From a bacterium (GTDB lineage: Bacteria; UBA8248), in contig CBDBBI010000010.1 of the NCBI GenBank assembly GCA_965202625.1, positions 992,001 through 1,056,000 on the forward strand: a stretch of DNA of 64,000 bases, given 5' to 3'. A program made the position numbers and the translations under genes. The notes beneath the pieces were generated by a model, which saw only the letters and a list, made by a program, of their open reading frames with translations, made no database searches and was not told the DNA's origin. Position 1 is the stretch's first letter. Each line of letters starts with the position of its first letter. Of the stretch, positions 51,354 to 61,288 are shown piece by piece.

Positions 51354-53687
51354 ATGGCACAGGCTCCCAAGTTCATCGGCGCGCCCATCAAGAGACGAGA
51401 CGATCCGCGTCTCATTCAGGGCCTCGCCCATTACGTGGACGACTTCAACCCGCCCGGCACCCTGCACATGGCGGTGGTGAGAAGTCCATACGGCCACGCC
51501 GCCATACGCTCGGTCGACGCGTCGAAGGCCCGGGCTGCGGAGGGCGTCGTCGCCGTATATACGTATGAGGACACGAAAGGGATCGGCCCCGTTCCAGTAG
51601 GCGGCCTCGTGCCTGACGCCAAGGTGCCCGAGCAGCCGGTTCTGGCGAACAAGAAGGCGCTCTTCGCCGGAGAGCCCATCGCCGTGGTCGTCGCGCGGAC
51701 GCGCTATGGTGCGCGAGACGCCGCGGAACTCGTGGAGGTCGATTGCGATCCGCTCGACGCCGTGGTGGACGTCGAAAGCGCCCTGGACGCCAACGCACCC
51801 AGGGTGCACGAGGCGTATGAGAACAACGAGGCGTTCAAATGGGGGATATCCGGCGGGGACGTGGAAGCCGGCTTCAGGGCGGCCGACGTCATCGTCAAGG
51901 AGCGCATCACGAACGCCCGCGTCGCTCCGCTGGCACTGGAGCCTCGGGGCGTTCTGGCCCACTACCTGCCGGGCGAGGACAAGATGACGCTGTGGACCTC
52001 CACCCAGGTACCGCACAAGGTGCGCACGCTGGTGGCGGGCCAGATTGGCATGCCGGAGAATCGCATGCGCGTCATCGCACCCGAGGTGGGCGGCGGCTTT
52101 GGCAGCAAACTCAACATCTACCGCGAGGAGGCACTCGCCGCCTACGTCTCGCGCGAACTCGGCTTGCCGATCAAATGGGTGGAGAGCCGCTCAGAGAATT
52201 TCATGGCCACCATTCACGGGCGCGGCCAGGTGGGCGAAGTGGAGATGGGGCTCAAGAGCGACGGCACCATCACCGCCTTTCGCTACAACGTCCTTGCCGA
52301 CTGCGGCGCCTACTATCAGCTGCTCACCGTGGCCATCTTCACGCTAACGGGCCTCATGCTTCCCGGTCCCTACAAAATCGACAACGTCGAGATGAACGCC
52401 ACCGGCGTGTTCACGAACAAGATAGCGACGGACGCCTACCGGGGCGCCGGCCGTCCCGAGGCCACCTACATTCTCGAACGCATGATGGACGTCGCGGCGA
52501 AAAAGCTGGGGATGGACCCCGCGGAAATCCGCCGAAGGAATTTTCCGGACAAGGCCGACTTCCCCTTCCCTACGTCCGCCGGCCTCACCTACGACAGCGG
52601 GGATTACCACGCGGCACTCGAGCGCGCACTCGAGGCCGCCGACTACCCCGCCATGCGCGCCCAGCAAGAGGAGGCCCGAAAGGCGGGTCGGCATCTGGGA
52701 ATCGGCCTTTCCACCTACGTCGAGATTTGCGGTATGGGGCCTTCCGCCGCCATGGGCGGCCAGGGATGGGAGAGTGCGCGCGTGCGCGTGGAGCCCACGG
52801 GCAAGGCCACCGTATTCTCCGGCGCCTCGCCCCACGGCCAGGGCCAGCAAACCTCCTTCGCCCAGATCGTGGCCGACGGGCTGGGCATCGGGGTGGACGA
52901 CGTCACCGTCATTCACGGGGACACCGACGTGGTACCCTATGGCGTGGGCACCTTCGGCAGCCGGGGCACGGTGGTGGGCGGCTCGGCGGTCGTCTGCGCG
53001 CGCGACAAGGTGCGCGAGAAGATGGCCAAATTCGCGGCGCTCGAATTCGAGGCGGACGCGAGCGACGTCGCCTTCGAGGGCGGGGAGGTTTTCGTCAAGA
53101 GCGCACCCGAGAAGTCGGCCGCCTTCGCCGACATCGCGCAGCTCGCCTACAGTGCCATCAAACTTCCGGAGAACACCGATCCGGGGCTTGAGGAGACGCA
53201 CTTCTTCGAGCCGAGCAACTTCACCTTCCCCTTCGGGGCGCACGTCGTTCTGGCCGAGGTGGATTCAGAGACGGGGGACGTGGAGATTCTCCGATACGTA
53301 GCGGTGGACGACGTGGGCAACATGATCAACCCGCTGCTCGTCCAGGGCCAGATTCACGGCGGCATCGCCCAGGGGATGGGACAGGCACTGGAAGAGGAGA
53401 TGCTCTACGGCGAGGGCGGACAGCCGCTCAACGCATCCCTCATGCACTACGCCCTCCCCAAGGCGAATCGCCTGCCCCGCTTCGAGCTTCTCCACACCAC
53501 CACGCCGACGGACGTCAACCCGCTCGGGGCGAAAGGCGTGGGCGAGGCCGGTACCATCGGCTCCACCCCCGCCGTGGTGAACGCCGTCATCGACGCCCTC
53601 GCACCCTTTGGCGTCACCCACATCGACATGCCCCTGCGCCCCGAGAAGGTATGGCGCGCCATCGCCGGAAAGAAGGGTCTCGCATGA
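51354..53687 (+). CDS. Molybdenum hydroxylase large subunit (CoxL form II-like)
   Basis: VGGGFGSK, AYRGAGRPEA (not the form I AYXCSFR), HGQG, GTFGSR, GQIHGG, KGVGE. Confidence 0.93.
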   Translation: MAQAPKFIGAPIKRRDDPRLIQGLAHYVDDFNPPGTLHMAVVRSPYGHAAIRSVDASKARAAEGVVAVYTYEDTKGIGPVPVGGLVPDAKVPEQPVLANKKALFAGEPIAVVVARTRYGARDAAELVEVDCDPLDAVVDVESALDANAPRVHEAYENNEAFKWGISGGDVEAGFRAADVIVKERITNARVAPLALEPRGVLAHYLPGEDKMTLWTSTQVPHKVRTLVAGQIGMPENRMRVIAPEVGGGFGSKLNIYREEALAAYVSRELGLPIKWVESRSENFMATIHGRGQVGEVEMGLKSDGTITAFRYNVLADCGAYYQLLTVAIFTLTGLMLPGPYKIDNVEMNATGVFTNKIATDAYRGAGRPEATYILERMMDVAAKKLGMDPAEIRRRNFPDKADFPFPTSAGLTYDSGDYHAALERALEAADYPAMRAQQEEARKAGRHLGIGLSTYVEICGMGPSAAMGGQGWESARVRVEPTGKATVFSGASPHGQGQQTSFAQIVADGLGIGVDDVTVIHGDTDVVPYGVGTFGSRGTVVGGSAVVCARDKVREKMAKFAALEFEADASDVAFEGGEVFVKSAPEKSAAFADIAQLAYSAIKLPENTDPGLEETHFFEPSNFTFPFGAHVVLAEVDSETGDVEILRYVAVDDVGNMINPLLVQGQIHGGIAQGMGQALEEEMLYGEGGQPLNASLMHYALPKANRLPRFELLHTTTPTDVNPLGAKGVGEAGTIGSTPAVVNAVIDALAPFGVTHIDMPLRPEKVWRAIAGKKGLA

Positions 53688-54559
53688 TTCCAGCCCCTTT
53701 CGACTACGTTCGTCCCAAGACGCTTGCGGACGCCCTCGCGCGTCTCAAAGAATCCGGAGACGATGCGAAACTCCTCGCCGGCGGCCACAGTCTTCTGCCC
53801 GTGATGAAGGCGAGGCTCGCGCATCCGCGCGTCCTCATCGACGTCGCCCGGGTTGAGGGGCTGTCGGGCATCGCAGAATCAGACGGCACCCTTCGCATCG
53901 GGGCGATGACGACCCACGCCGAAATCGAGGCGTCACCCGTAGTGGGGGAGAAATGCCGGCTCCTCGCCGAGGCTGCGGGTGCGATTGGCGACGCGCAGGT
54001 CAGAAACCGGGGCACGCTGGGCGGTGCTCTCGCCCATGCCGACCCTGCCGCCGACTACCCGGCGGCCATGCTGGCGAGCGGTGCGGAAATCATCGCGGCG
54101 GGCGAGAACGGGGAGCGCGTCATCGGTGCTGACGACTTCTTCACCGGAACGTATGAAACCGCCCTCGCCCCTGGCGAGATTCTCGTTTCTGTCCGCATAC
54201 CCGCTTCACCAGCGCGCAGCGGAGGGGCGTATCTCAAGGCGGCACAGCAGGCCAGCGGCTTCGCCGTCTGCGGCGTGGCGGCCCGGCTCGCACTGGGTGC
54301 GGACGGCTCCGTCTCCTCCCTTCGCGTGGGCGTGACGGGCGTCGCCACTCCCGCCTATCGCGCCAGGAGCGTCGAGAACGCCCTCATCGGCGGGACACCG
54401 AGCGCGGAGGAAATCCAGGCGGCGGCGCGGACGGCCGGCGAAGGCGTCGAGGCACTCGATGATTTTTACGCCGGAGCGGATTTCAGACGCCACCTTGCCG
54501 GAGTCTACGCCGGGCGCGCCATCTCCAAAGCACTGGCGCGTGCCTCCGGCGGCGAATAG
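53684..54559 (+). CDS. Molybdenum hydroxylase FAD subunit (CoxM/CutM-like)
   Basis: MIPAPFDY, LAGGHSLLP, QVRNRGTLGG..HADPAAD. Confidence 0.93.
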   Translation: MIPAPFDYVRPKTLADALARLKESGDDAKLLAGGHSLLPVMKARLAHPRVLIDVARVEGLSGIAESDGTLRIGAMTTHAEIEASPVVGEKCRLLAEAAGAIGDAQVRNRGTLGGALAHADPAADYPAAMLASGAEIIAAGENGERVIGADDFFTGTYETALAPGEILVSVRIPASPARSGGAYLKAAQQASGFAVCGVAARLALGADGSVSSLRVGVTGVATPAYRARSVENALIGGTPSAEEIQAAARTAGEGVEALDDFYAGADFRRHLAGVYAGRAISKALARASGGE

Positions 54560-54643
54560 ATACACCCACGTCCCAGCGACGCAATCCCATGCTCTCCATT
54601 CGCGGCGCACGGCGCGCTTTTTCTCTCCCCCAGCGATGCCGGC

Positions 54644-55483
54644 ATGTGCTCCCTGACGTTGGCTAAGCCTCCGCTCCTCCCCTCCATCCCCTGGCTTGCG
54701 CGTGAGAACGCGCGTCTCATCTCCCGGCTCCGCGCGCTCTCCGACGCCGATTGGCGAAAGCCCACTTTCTGTCCCGCCTGGGACGCGCGCCAGCTCGTCG
54801 GCCACATGACGGGAGGTGCCATCTCCTATCTCGAGCGGATACAGGCGACGCAGCAGGGCGACGTCATCCTCTCTCTCGGTGCCGAGACGCCGGAGGAATT
54901 CCAGGCGGCGCGGGATGCGATCATGAAAAAATCCGCCGCCATGTCTTCGGCGGATCGCATCGACTGGCTGGAAAGGAGCCAGGACGCGCTACAAAATGCG
55001 CTGGCACGCCTCACGCCCGGCGATCTGGATCGGCCGCTCTGGCATAGAAAGGGAGACACGCGGCTTCGATCTTTTCCCGATCAGAGGCTTTATGAGGTAG
55101 CGCTTCACTGCTGGGATTTGAAGAACCATTCCGCCGCACCTCTTCACGCCGACGCATTGGGCGCGCTCGTGGACGTCCTCAGGACGAGGCTTCCCCTGCA
55201 GTGCAACCGCGCCGCGGCGGCGGGAATAGAAGGCACGTTTCGTTTCGAGACAACCGCGCCCAAAGCGGCATGGGAGATGACGATAGCCGACGGCGAGGCA
55301 TCGCCCAGTGCGCGTCTTTGCGAGGCACCCGACGCCTCCCTCTCCGCGTCCGCCAGCGACATGGTACTCTTGTGCGCGGGCCGGGCGTGCCGTGCTGCGA
55401 AGATGGCGAGCGGCGACCTCCTCGTCCAGGGAGACGCGCGGGGAGCGGCGCGACTCATGGACGTCCTGTTCCAGCCCTTTTGA
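54644..55483 (+). CDS. DinB-superfamily MDMPI-like protein with C-terminal SCP2-like domain
   Basis: DWRKPTFCPAWDARQLVGHM, EVALHCWDL, C-terminal GDLLVQGD. Confidence 0.75.
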   Translation: MCSLTLAKPPLLPSIPWLARENARLISRLRALSDADWRKPTFCPAWDARQLVGHMTGGAISYLERIQATQQGDVILSLGAETPEEFQAARDAIMKKSAAMSSADRIDWLERSQDALQNALARLTPGDLDRPLWHRKGDTRLRSFPDQRLYEVALHCWDLKNHSAAPLHADALGALVDVLRTRLPLQCNRAAAAGIEGTFRFETTAPKAAWEMTIADGEASPSARLCEAPDASLSASASDMVLLCAGRACRAAKMASGDLLVQGDARGAARLMDVLFQPF

Positions 55484-55493
55484 AGGATCACGT

Positions 55494-56009
55494 ATGCGGC
55501 TCCTCATTGACGGCTACAACCTCATCCCCGCCATTCCGGAGCTCAGGCGAACGCTTCATCAGGACCTTGAGGCCGGGCGCGACGGCCTCATCAAGACGCT
55601 TCAGGACTATCGCAGAAACTCTCCGCTGAAACCGCTCATCACCGTCGTGTTCGACGGCAAATCCCGCCACGATCGAGGCGGAAGCGGAAAAGCGAACGGG
55701 GTCGAGGTGCTGTTCTCCAGAGGCGAAATTGCCGACGCGCTCATCTTGCGCCTTTTGAAAAACGAATACAGGGGCGCCGTTCTCGTCACATCGGACAGAG
55801 CACTCGGTGCGTCGGCGGCCCCTTACGCGGCGACGGTCGTGCGGACGGGAGAATTCAGAGAACGCCTCTATGAGGCGTCCTTCACCGATGAAGAGAAAGA
55901 CTGCGATGAAGCCCCCATACGCACAAGGAGCGACACACGGAAAAAGGGAAACCCGAGGCGCGCCTCCAAAAAAGAGCGCAGGCGCAACAAACATCTCAGA
56001 AACCTTTGA
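55494..56009 (+). CDS. YacP-like NYN domain (PIN-fold) protein
   Basis: LLIDGYNLI, VVFDG, ADALI, VTSDR, KKGNPRR tail. Confidence 0.85.
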   Translation: MRLLIDGYNLIPAIPELRRTLHQDLEAGRDGLIKTLQDYRRNSPLKPLITVVFDGKSRHDRGGSGKANGVEVLFSRGEIADALILRLLKNEYRGAVLVTSDRALGASAAPYAATVVRTGEFRERLYEASFTDEEKDCDEAPIRTRSDTRKKGNPRRASKKERRRNKHLRNL

Positions 56010-56111
56010 GACGCGCGCCGGTTCTTTCCAGGGTTTTCATATCCCCCCTGCGGCGGGTGCTCATTCCATGATCGAAAAACGCCCCATCCCTCGCTTGCCC
56101 CGGAGTTCACG

Positions 56112-56813
56112 ATGACCGCCGCGCATGACGCGTCGTTTCGCGTCGGTCTGTTGGTTCCATCGTCAAACGCCACGATGGAGCGCGATTTTCACAAAAACCT
56201 GCCTGAGGAAGTCTCCGTTTGCACCTCCCGAATGTTTCTGGACGAGACGACCAGGCAAGCCGAAATCCGCATGATCGAAGAATCCCTGCCCGAGGCGAGT
56301 CGGATGCTTCGGACGGCTCATCCCCATTTTTGCGTCTTTGGCTGCACGTCGGGAGGCGCGCTCTTTGGAAGGGCGCACGACAGGAGAATACAAGCGCGGA
56401 TCGAGGCGCAAACCGGCGCCGAGACGACCACCATTCTCTCGGCACTCTCCAGGGAGTTCTCCGAGATGGGCGCGAAAAAGCTGGTGGTGCTCACGCCCTA
56501 TATTGATGAGTTGAACGCGCCCATCCGCGCCTCCCTTGAAGAAGACGGACGTGAGGTTCTCTCCATAGACGGCATGGGGATGACGAACAACGTCGCCATC
56601 GGAAACACGGGGGCGGAGAGAATCCTCCAATTCTCGGACGAGCACCTTTCGGCGCAAACCTTGAAAAATGCGGACTGTCTTTTCATCTCCTGTACGAACC
56701 TGCCCGCTCTCGACGCCCTGCCCCAGATTCACGCCCGCTACCCCGGCCTGGCGGTGATGACGAGCAACCTGGCCGCACTCCTGGCAGTGCGCAGAAAACT
56801 GAAGGAAAAATGA
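56112..56813 (+). CDS. Maleate cis-trans isomerase / Asp-Glu racemase / AMDase family
   Basis: GLLVPSSNATME, FGCTSG, LTPY, FISCTNL, TSN; both catalytic Cys present. Confidence 0.88.
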   Translation: MTAAHDASFRVGLLVPSSNATMERDFHKNLPEEVSVCTSRMFLDETTRQAEIRMIEESLPEASRMLRTAHPHFCVFGCTSGGALFGRAHDRRIQARIEAQTGAETTTILSALSREFSEMGAKKLVVLTPYIDELNAPIRASLEEDGREVLSIDGMGMTNNVAIGNTGAERILQFSDEHLSAQTLKNADCLFISCTNLPALDALPQIHARYPGLAVMTSNLAALLAVRRKLKEK

Positions 56814-56990
56814 TTCGGTGCGCGTCCGCCAGGGGACTCCCCCTCTCCTTTTTTCTTGCGGAAAAATCGGTGTAAGATGCCCGTTCTTCTCACACGCACC
56901 GAACCCATGCGGCATCCAAGGCCGCCTTGGGGACCATAGGCTCTGGTGCGGAATGCGCATACGCCTCATCACCATGGAGTGAACCCCCTC

Positions 56991-58367
56991 GTGGAAGTGC
57001 GCGTGCTCTCTCCTTGCGGCGTCATCGGCTCCGGCTTTCCGGAGAGCTCCTTCGAGCGCGGACTGTCCATGAAGCCCCACGTCATCGCCTGCGACGGGGG
57101 CTCGACGGACAACGGGCCCGCGTCTCTCGGCTCGGGTAAGCCAAACTTCTCCCGCTCGGCCACCAAGCGGGATTTGCGGCTCATGCTCAAGGGGCGTGAA
57201 AGTCTGGGCGTTCCCCTGATAGTGGGTTCGTGCGGCACGGCGGGCGGTGACGCGGGGCTTGCGTGGATGCGCGGGATTTGTCTGGAAATCGCCCGGGAGG
57301 AAGGCGCGCGTTTCAGGCTCGCTCTGATTCGGGCGGAGCAGGAGAAGGCGTATCTCCAGAAAAAATACAAAGAAGGCCGCATTCAGGGGCTCGATCCGGC
57401 ACCTCCGCTCAACGAGGAGGTGATAGAGCACAGCGCGCACATCGTGGGCATGATGGGCGATGCGCCCATCGCCGAGGCACTCGAGGGGGGAGCGGACGTC
57501 GTGTTGGCGGGCAGGGCATCGGACACCTCTATTTTCGCCTGCCATCCCGTCCGGATGGGGGCGGACCGAGGGCTCTCCTGGCACGCGGCCAAGATACTGG
57601 AATGCGGGGCGGCCTGTGCCGTGCATCGCGCGCGGCCAGACGGCTGCTTCGCCTGGATTCGGGACGATCACTTCGTGGTCGAACCCCTGAACCCCCAGAT
57701 GTATTGCACCCCGCAGAGCGTGGCCTCGCACACCCTGTATGAGAACATAGACCCTTTCCGCATCACCGAACCCTCGGGCGTCCTGGATACCAGCCGCTCC
57801 GTCTATGTGCCCGAAAGCGCGCGTGCCGTGCGCGTTGCGGGCTCCGCCTTTCATCCGGCAAAGCGATACTCGATCAAGCTCGAGGGGGCGGAGCTCGTAG
57901 GCTACCAGTCCGTCATCATCGGCGGAGTGCGCGACCCCATGATCCTGAAGCAGCTGGACTCCTGGCTCGACGGCGTCCGGATGGGCTTTGAGAAGCGCGC
58001 GCGAGAAATTTTCCCCGACCGGAAAACCCCGCCCGCACATCAACTCCACGTCCGCGTGTTCGGGCGGGACGCCGTGATGGGAGCACTCGAGCCGGAGAGG
58101 AGCCGCGTCCCGCACGAGGTGGGCGTTCTCTTCGAGGTGACGGCGGAAGATCAGGCGTCCGCCAACACGATGGCGGCCACCCTCGCCCACTTCGCGCTTC
58201 ACTACCCCATTCCGGAGTGGAGCGGCCTCATATCGACTCTCGCGTTTCCCTTCGCGCCGGCGGAACTTGAAAAAGGCCCCGTCTATCGCTTCAACCTGCA
58301 CCACGTCGTCTATCCAGATACTCCCTGCGAGATGTTCCCGACCGAGATCATGGAGGTGGAGAACTGA
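56991..58367 (+). CDS. AtuA (DUF1446)-family protein; frame open from 56946, start uncertain
   Basis: IACDGGSTDNGP..LG, LIVGSCGTAG, VGMMG, GADVVLAGRASD, WHAAKILECG, SVASHTLYEN, KLEGA..GYQ. Confidence 0.85.
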   Translation: MEVRVLSPCGVIGSGFPESSFERGLSMKPHVIACDGGSTDNGPASLGSGKPNFSRSATKRDLRLMLKGRESLGVPLIVGSCGTAGGDAGLAWMRGICLEIAREEGARFRLALIRAEQEKAYLQKKYKEGRIQGLDPAPPLNEEVIEHSAHIVGMMGDAPIAEALEGGADVVLAGRASDTSIFACHPVRMGADRGLSWHAAKILECGAACAVHRARPDGCFAWIRDDHFVVEPLNPQMYCTPQSVASHTLYENIDPFRITEPSGVLDTSRSVYVPESARAVRVAGSAFHPAKRYSIKLEGAELVGYQSVIIGGVRDPMILKQLDSWLDGVRMGFEKRAREIFPDRKTPPAHQLHVRVFGRDAVMGALEPERSRVPHEVGVLFEVTAEDQASANTMAATLAHFALHYPIPEWSGLISTLAFPFAPAELEKGPVYRFNLHHVVYPDTPCEMFPTEIMEVEN

Positions 58368-58684
58368 TGGCCACGCTCGGCGAACTCGCCAAACTCATTC
58401 GCTCGAAAAACGCCGGACCTTTCCACCTCACGTTCGACGTCATGTTCGACGAGGAGGCCGTCTATCGGCGCGTGGTGGACGCAAACGTCCTCACCAAAGA
58501 GGCGTTTTGCCGCATCTACAATCTGGAAGAGGAGAAGGTGCTGCTCGTGTGCCACGACGCCGCGCGGGCGATTAAAATATCCATTCCGCGCCCCGTGTCC
58601 TCCTGCGACCTGGAGGATGGCGACTGCTACGGTGGGCAGCAGTTCGGCCCCCTCGTCAACCTGGAGATTCCGGAGATTTCATAA
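58367..58684 (+). CDS. DUF4387 domain protein
   Basis: IRSKNAGPFHLTFDVMF, AIKISIPRP..D.YGGQQ; TGATG coupling to the upstream gene. Confidence 0.88.
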   Translation: MATLGELAKLIRSKNAGPFHLTFDVMFDEEAVYRRVVDANVLTKEAFCRIYNLEEEKVLLVCHDAARAIKISIPRPVSSCDLEDGDCYGGQQFGPLVNLEIPEIS

Positions 58685-58792
58685 AACGCAAGGCGCGACC
58701 CGGCGAGCGGTACTTGGGCGCGCACCCGGATGACCAGCCTTTCGGTTTCAGGCGCATCAGCCCGCGCGCCCAAGCCATGAGGGAGAAGGAAA

Positions 58793-59401
58793 ATGGCGAT
58801 TCAGACGAACGCAGATGAGATTCGCGCACTTTTCCCTGAAGTGTGCCAAATTGAAGACGCGGAGTTGCGCGAAGGGGTGATACGCATCTGGCTTGAGGTG
58901 GCCGAGGAAACCGCCTGGGAGCGTTTTGAGGACGTCCCCAAAAACCTGAAGGAAGAGAAGCACATGACGCTCATCGGCCACGTCCAGGGCGTCACGCGCA
59001 TGGCTCTCGCCATGGCCGACGTCGCCCAGAAACTTCACGGCGTCGCCATCGACCGCGACCTGCTGATCGCCTCCTGCCTTCTGCACGACGTCTCCAAACC
59101 CCTGGAGTCCGCCCCTCATTCCGGCGGCTCCCCCACAGGCGGGCGCGTGCCGCCGGCCAGAATCACCGAATTTGGCGAGAAAATCCAGCACGGCGTTTAC
59201 GGAGCGCACAAAATATGGAAACGAAGCCTCCCCAAAACCCTGGAGCTGGCCCACCTCGTCATCACCCACGCGCGCGCGAGCAACACGCGCGCAAAAAGCT
59301 ATGAGGCCGCCCTGCTCTTCTACGCCGACTGGGCAGATTCGGACGCCGGCATCGTCTCAGGCGGCGGGACGCCCTTCTCCGCCAGATGGGTGGAGGGGTA
59401 G
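58793..59401 (+). CDS. HD-domain metal-dependent phosphohydrolase
   Basis: LIGHV, LLHDVSK, QHG, ITH, EAALLFYAD. Confidence 0.85.
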   Translation: MAIQTNADEIRALFPEVCQIEDAELREGVIRIWLEVAEETAWERFEDVPKNLKEEKHMTLIGHVQGVTRMALAMADVAQKLHGVAIDRDLLIASCLLHDVSKPLESAPHSGGSPTGGRVPPARITEFGEKIQHGVYGAHKIWKRSLPKTLELAHLVITHARASNTRAKSYEAALLFYADWADSDAGIVSGGGTPFSARWVEG

Positions 59402-59457
59402 GGGGAGGCACCCCCGGCCTTCGCATTCAGAAAACACTCCCATGTTCCCGAAATAGA

Positions 59458-59488
59458 TTGACGTCCGGATAACTTTGTCCTATAGCAT
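59458..59488 (+). promoter_or_regulatory. Possible sigma70 promoter of the CsgG-like operon
   Basis: TTGACG followed 17-19 nt later by TATAGC/TAGCAT. Confidence 0.35.
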
Positions 59489-59596
59489 TACGTTTTAGAA
59501 AGACCACATAAAAAATATCAAGACATCCTTGGCACATTCTGGGAGCTTTTCCGTATGAAGTGGCGCAAAATAGAAGGAAAAATAGCGCATACAGTT

Positions 59597-60568
59597 ATGA
59601 GAGCGGGATTTTTCCTCAAGAGATTTCCGTTTATTATTCTCCTCTTTACGACTGGCTGCGCCACGGTTGCTCCTTCCACCACTCCGGTGGAAGCTCCCGT
59701 ATCTAGGGCCGCCCAGAAAAAAGCGCAACAAAAGGCTCTCACTCCCCAGAGAAAGATACTCAAGCGCAAAATCGCGATTGGCCGCTTCACCAACGAGACG
59801 CGTTACGGCAAGACTTTCTTGCGAGACGGGGACACCGACCCTTTAGGAAAGCAAGCTTCCGACATGCTCGCCAATCGCCTCGTAAGTTCCGGGAAATTTC
59901 TGGTTTTTGAGCGTCCGGACCTTGTGAAAATCAAGCGCGAACAAAGCGTCCTAAAAAAATCCAACCTGATCGGCGTGGACGTCCTTATCTTGGGGTCGGT
60001 GACGGAGTTCGGTCGCTCCACCACGGGCCAGTCCGGCTTCTTGAGTGCGACGAAAAAGCAGACTGCGCAGGCGAAGGTCGAAATACGTATGGTGGACGTA
60101 CGGACGGGGCACGTGTTTTTCTCCGCCTCCGGCTCAGGAGAGGCAAGTACCGAATCGGGGGAAGTCGCCGGCTTCGGCAGTCGGGCGGGCTACGACGCCA
60201 CGCTGAATGACAAGGCGATTGGCGCCGCCATATCCGACTTCCTGAATTCCCTTATCTCGAAAATCGATGAGAGAATTTGGAGAACGGACATCCTGCGAAT
60301 CAAGGGAAGCGAGATCATCATCACTGGCGGCAGACGGCAGGGGATTCAGATCGGTGACGTATTAAACGTGATGAGAGAAGGAGAACGGGTGAAGAGCAGG
60401 CAAACTGGCTTTGAAATTTCGCTTCCCCCTTCAAAGGTCGGCGAAATACGGATTGTCAGCCTTTTTGGAGATACCGAAACCAATGAAGGGTCAGTGGGCA
60501 CAATCTTGTCGGGAACGTTTCCTGGAAGTCGGACGGATGGACTCTTCGTTTCAGAGATAAGGAAATAA
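59597..60568 (+). CDS. CsgG/HfaB-family lipoprotein with FlgT-like C-terminal extension
   Basis: Lipobox FTTGC, KIAIGRFTNET, SGKFLVFER, ILGSVTEFG, VEIRMVDVRTG; C-terminal IITGGRRQGIQIGDVLNV. Confidence 0.85.
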   Translation: MRAGFFLKRFPFIILLFTTGCATVAPSTTPVEAPVSRAAQKKAQQKALTPQRKILKRKIAIGRFTNETRYGKTFLRDGDTDPLGKQASDMLANRLVSSGKFLVFERPDLVKIKREQSVLKKSNLIGVDVLILGSVTEFGRSTTGQSGFLSATKKQTAQAKVEIRMVDVRTGHVFFSASGSGEASTESGEVAGFGSRAGYDATLNDKAIGAAISDFLNSLISKIDERIWRTDILRIKGSEIIITGGRRQGIQIGDVLNVMREGERVKSRQTGFEISLPPSKVGEIRIVSLFGDTETNEGSVGTILSGTFPGSRTDGLFVSEIRK

Positions 60569-60573
60569 TTTCG

Positions 60574-60903
60574 ATGAAATTATTTGTTGCGGGCTTTCTG
60601 CTCATGCTCCTCACCGTTGGTTGCTATCCATCAAGCGAGGTTCGGGTGACGGACAGTAGACCGAGGCTAGCCATCAAGAACGCCCCAAAGAACGCCATCA
60701 TCTATGTCGATGGGCTGAATTTGGGATTCGCGAACCAATATAGCGGAGACCAGTCGAGTGACGAGAGTGGAGAGGTGCGCGTCCTTTTGTTAGAGCCGGG
60801 AAGGCACCTGATTGAGGTGAAGAGCGACGGCGAAACATTGCTTTCCGAGGATGTTTTCCTTGGAGAAGGCACACTGAAAACGCTGACAGTGAAACAGGAG
60901 TGA
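60574..60903 (+). CDS. Small PEGA-like lipoprotein
   Basis: Lipobox LTVGC, APKNAIIYVDG, LEPGRHLIEV. Confidence 0.7.
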   Translation: MKLFVAGFLLMLLTVGCYPSSEVRVTDSRPRLAIKNAPKNAIIYVDGLNLGFANQYSGDQSSDESGEVRVLLLEPGRHLIEVKSDGETLLSEDVFLGEGTLKTLTVKQE

Positions 60904-60913
60904 GTAAAACGAA

Positions 60914-61288
60914 ATGATCACCAAAAGATTGTCCGTCCTGCTCGTCTCCATCCTGATTTCAGCTTGCGCGCAGACAAAATACCATTGGGGCGGGTACGAA
61001 AACGCTTTATATCAATACTATAAAAGTCCAGCGGAGCTTGGGAGTCTCGCGAAAGAGTTAAGAGGTGCAATCACCCAGGGGGAACAGGATGAGAAAGTTC
61101 CGCCCGGCCTTTATGCCGAGCTCGGTTATGTGCTCCTCGTCCAAGGAAAGAAGCAGGAAGCCGTCACTTACTTTCAAAAAGAAAAGAAATTATGGCCTGA
61201 ATCAGCCAAATTGATGGATACGATGGTTAAAATGGCGAAAACCTCCGGAGGCGTGAAATCTGCTGGCTCCAAGGGAGAAAATCGATAA
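60914..61288 (+). CDS. DUF4810-family lipoprotein
   Basis: Lipobox LISAC, YHWGGYENALY, VPPGLYAELG, FQKEKKLWPES. Confidence 0.88.
   Translation: MITKRLSVLLVSILISACAQTKYHWGGYENALYQYYKSPAELGSLAKELRGAITQGEQDEKVPPGLYAELGYVLLVQGKKQEAVTYFQKEKKLWPESAKLMDTMVKMAKTSGGVKSAGSKGENR

Noticed and set aside
51354-53687. Aerobic CO dehydrogenase (form I coxL)
   Set aside because: Lacks the AYXCSFR Cu-binding loop and the M-S-L order
56163-58304. 713-aa minus-strand ORF
   Set aside because: Antisense to the well-supported isomerase and AtuA genes; no motifs
59597-60568. Curli biogenesis locus
   Set aside because: No csgA/B/E/F or curlin repeats in the window
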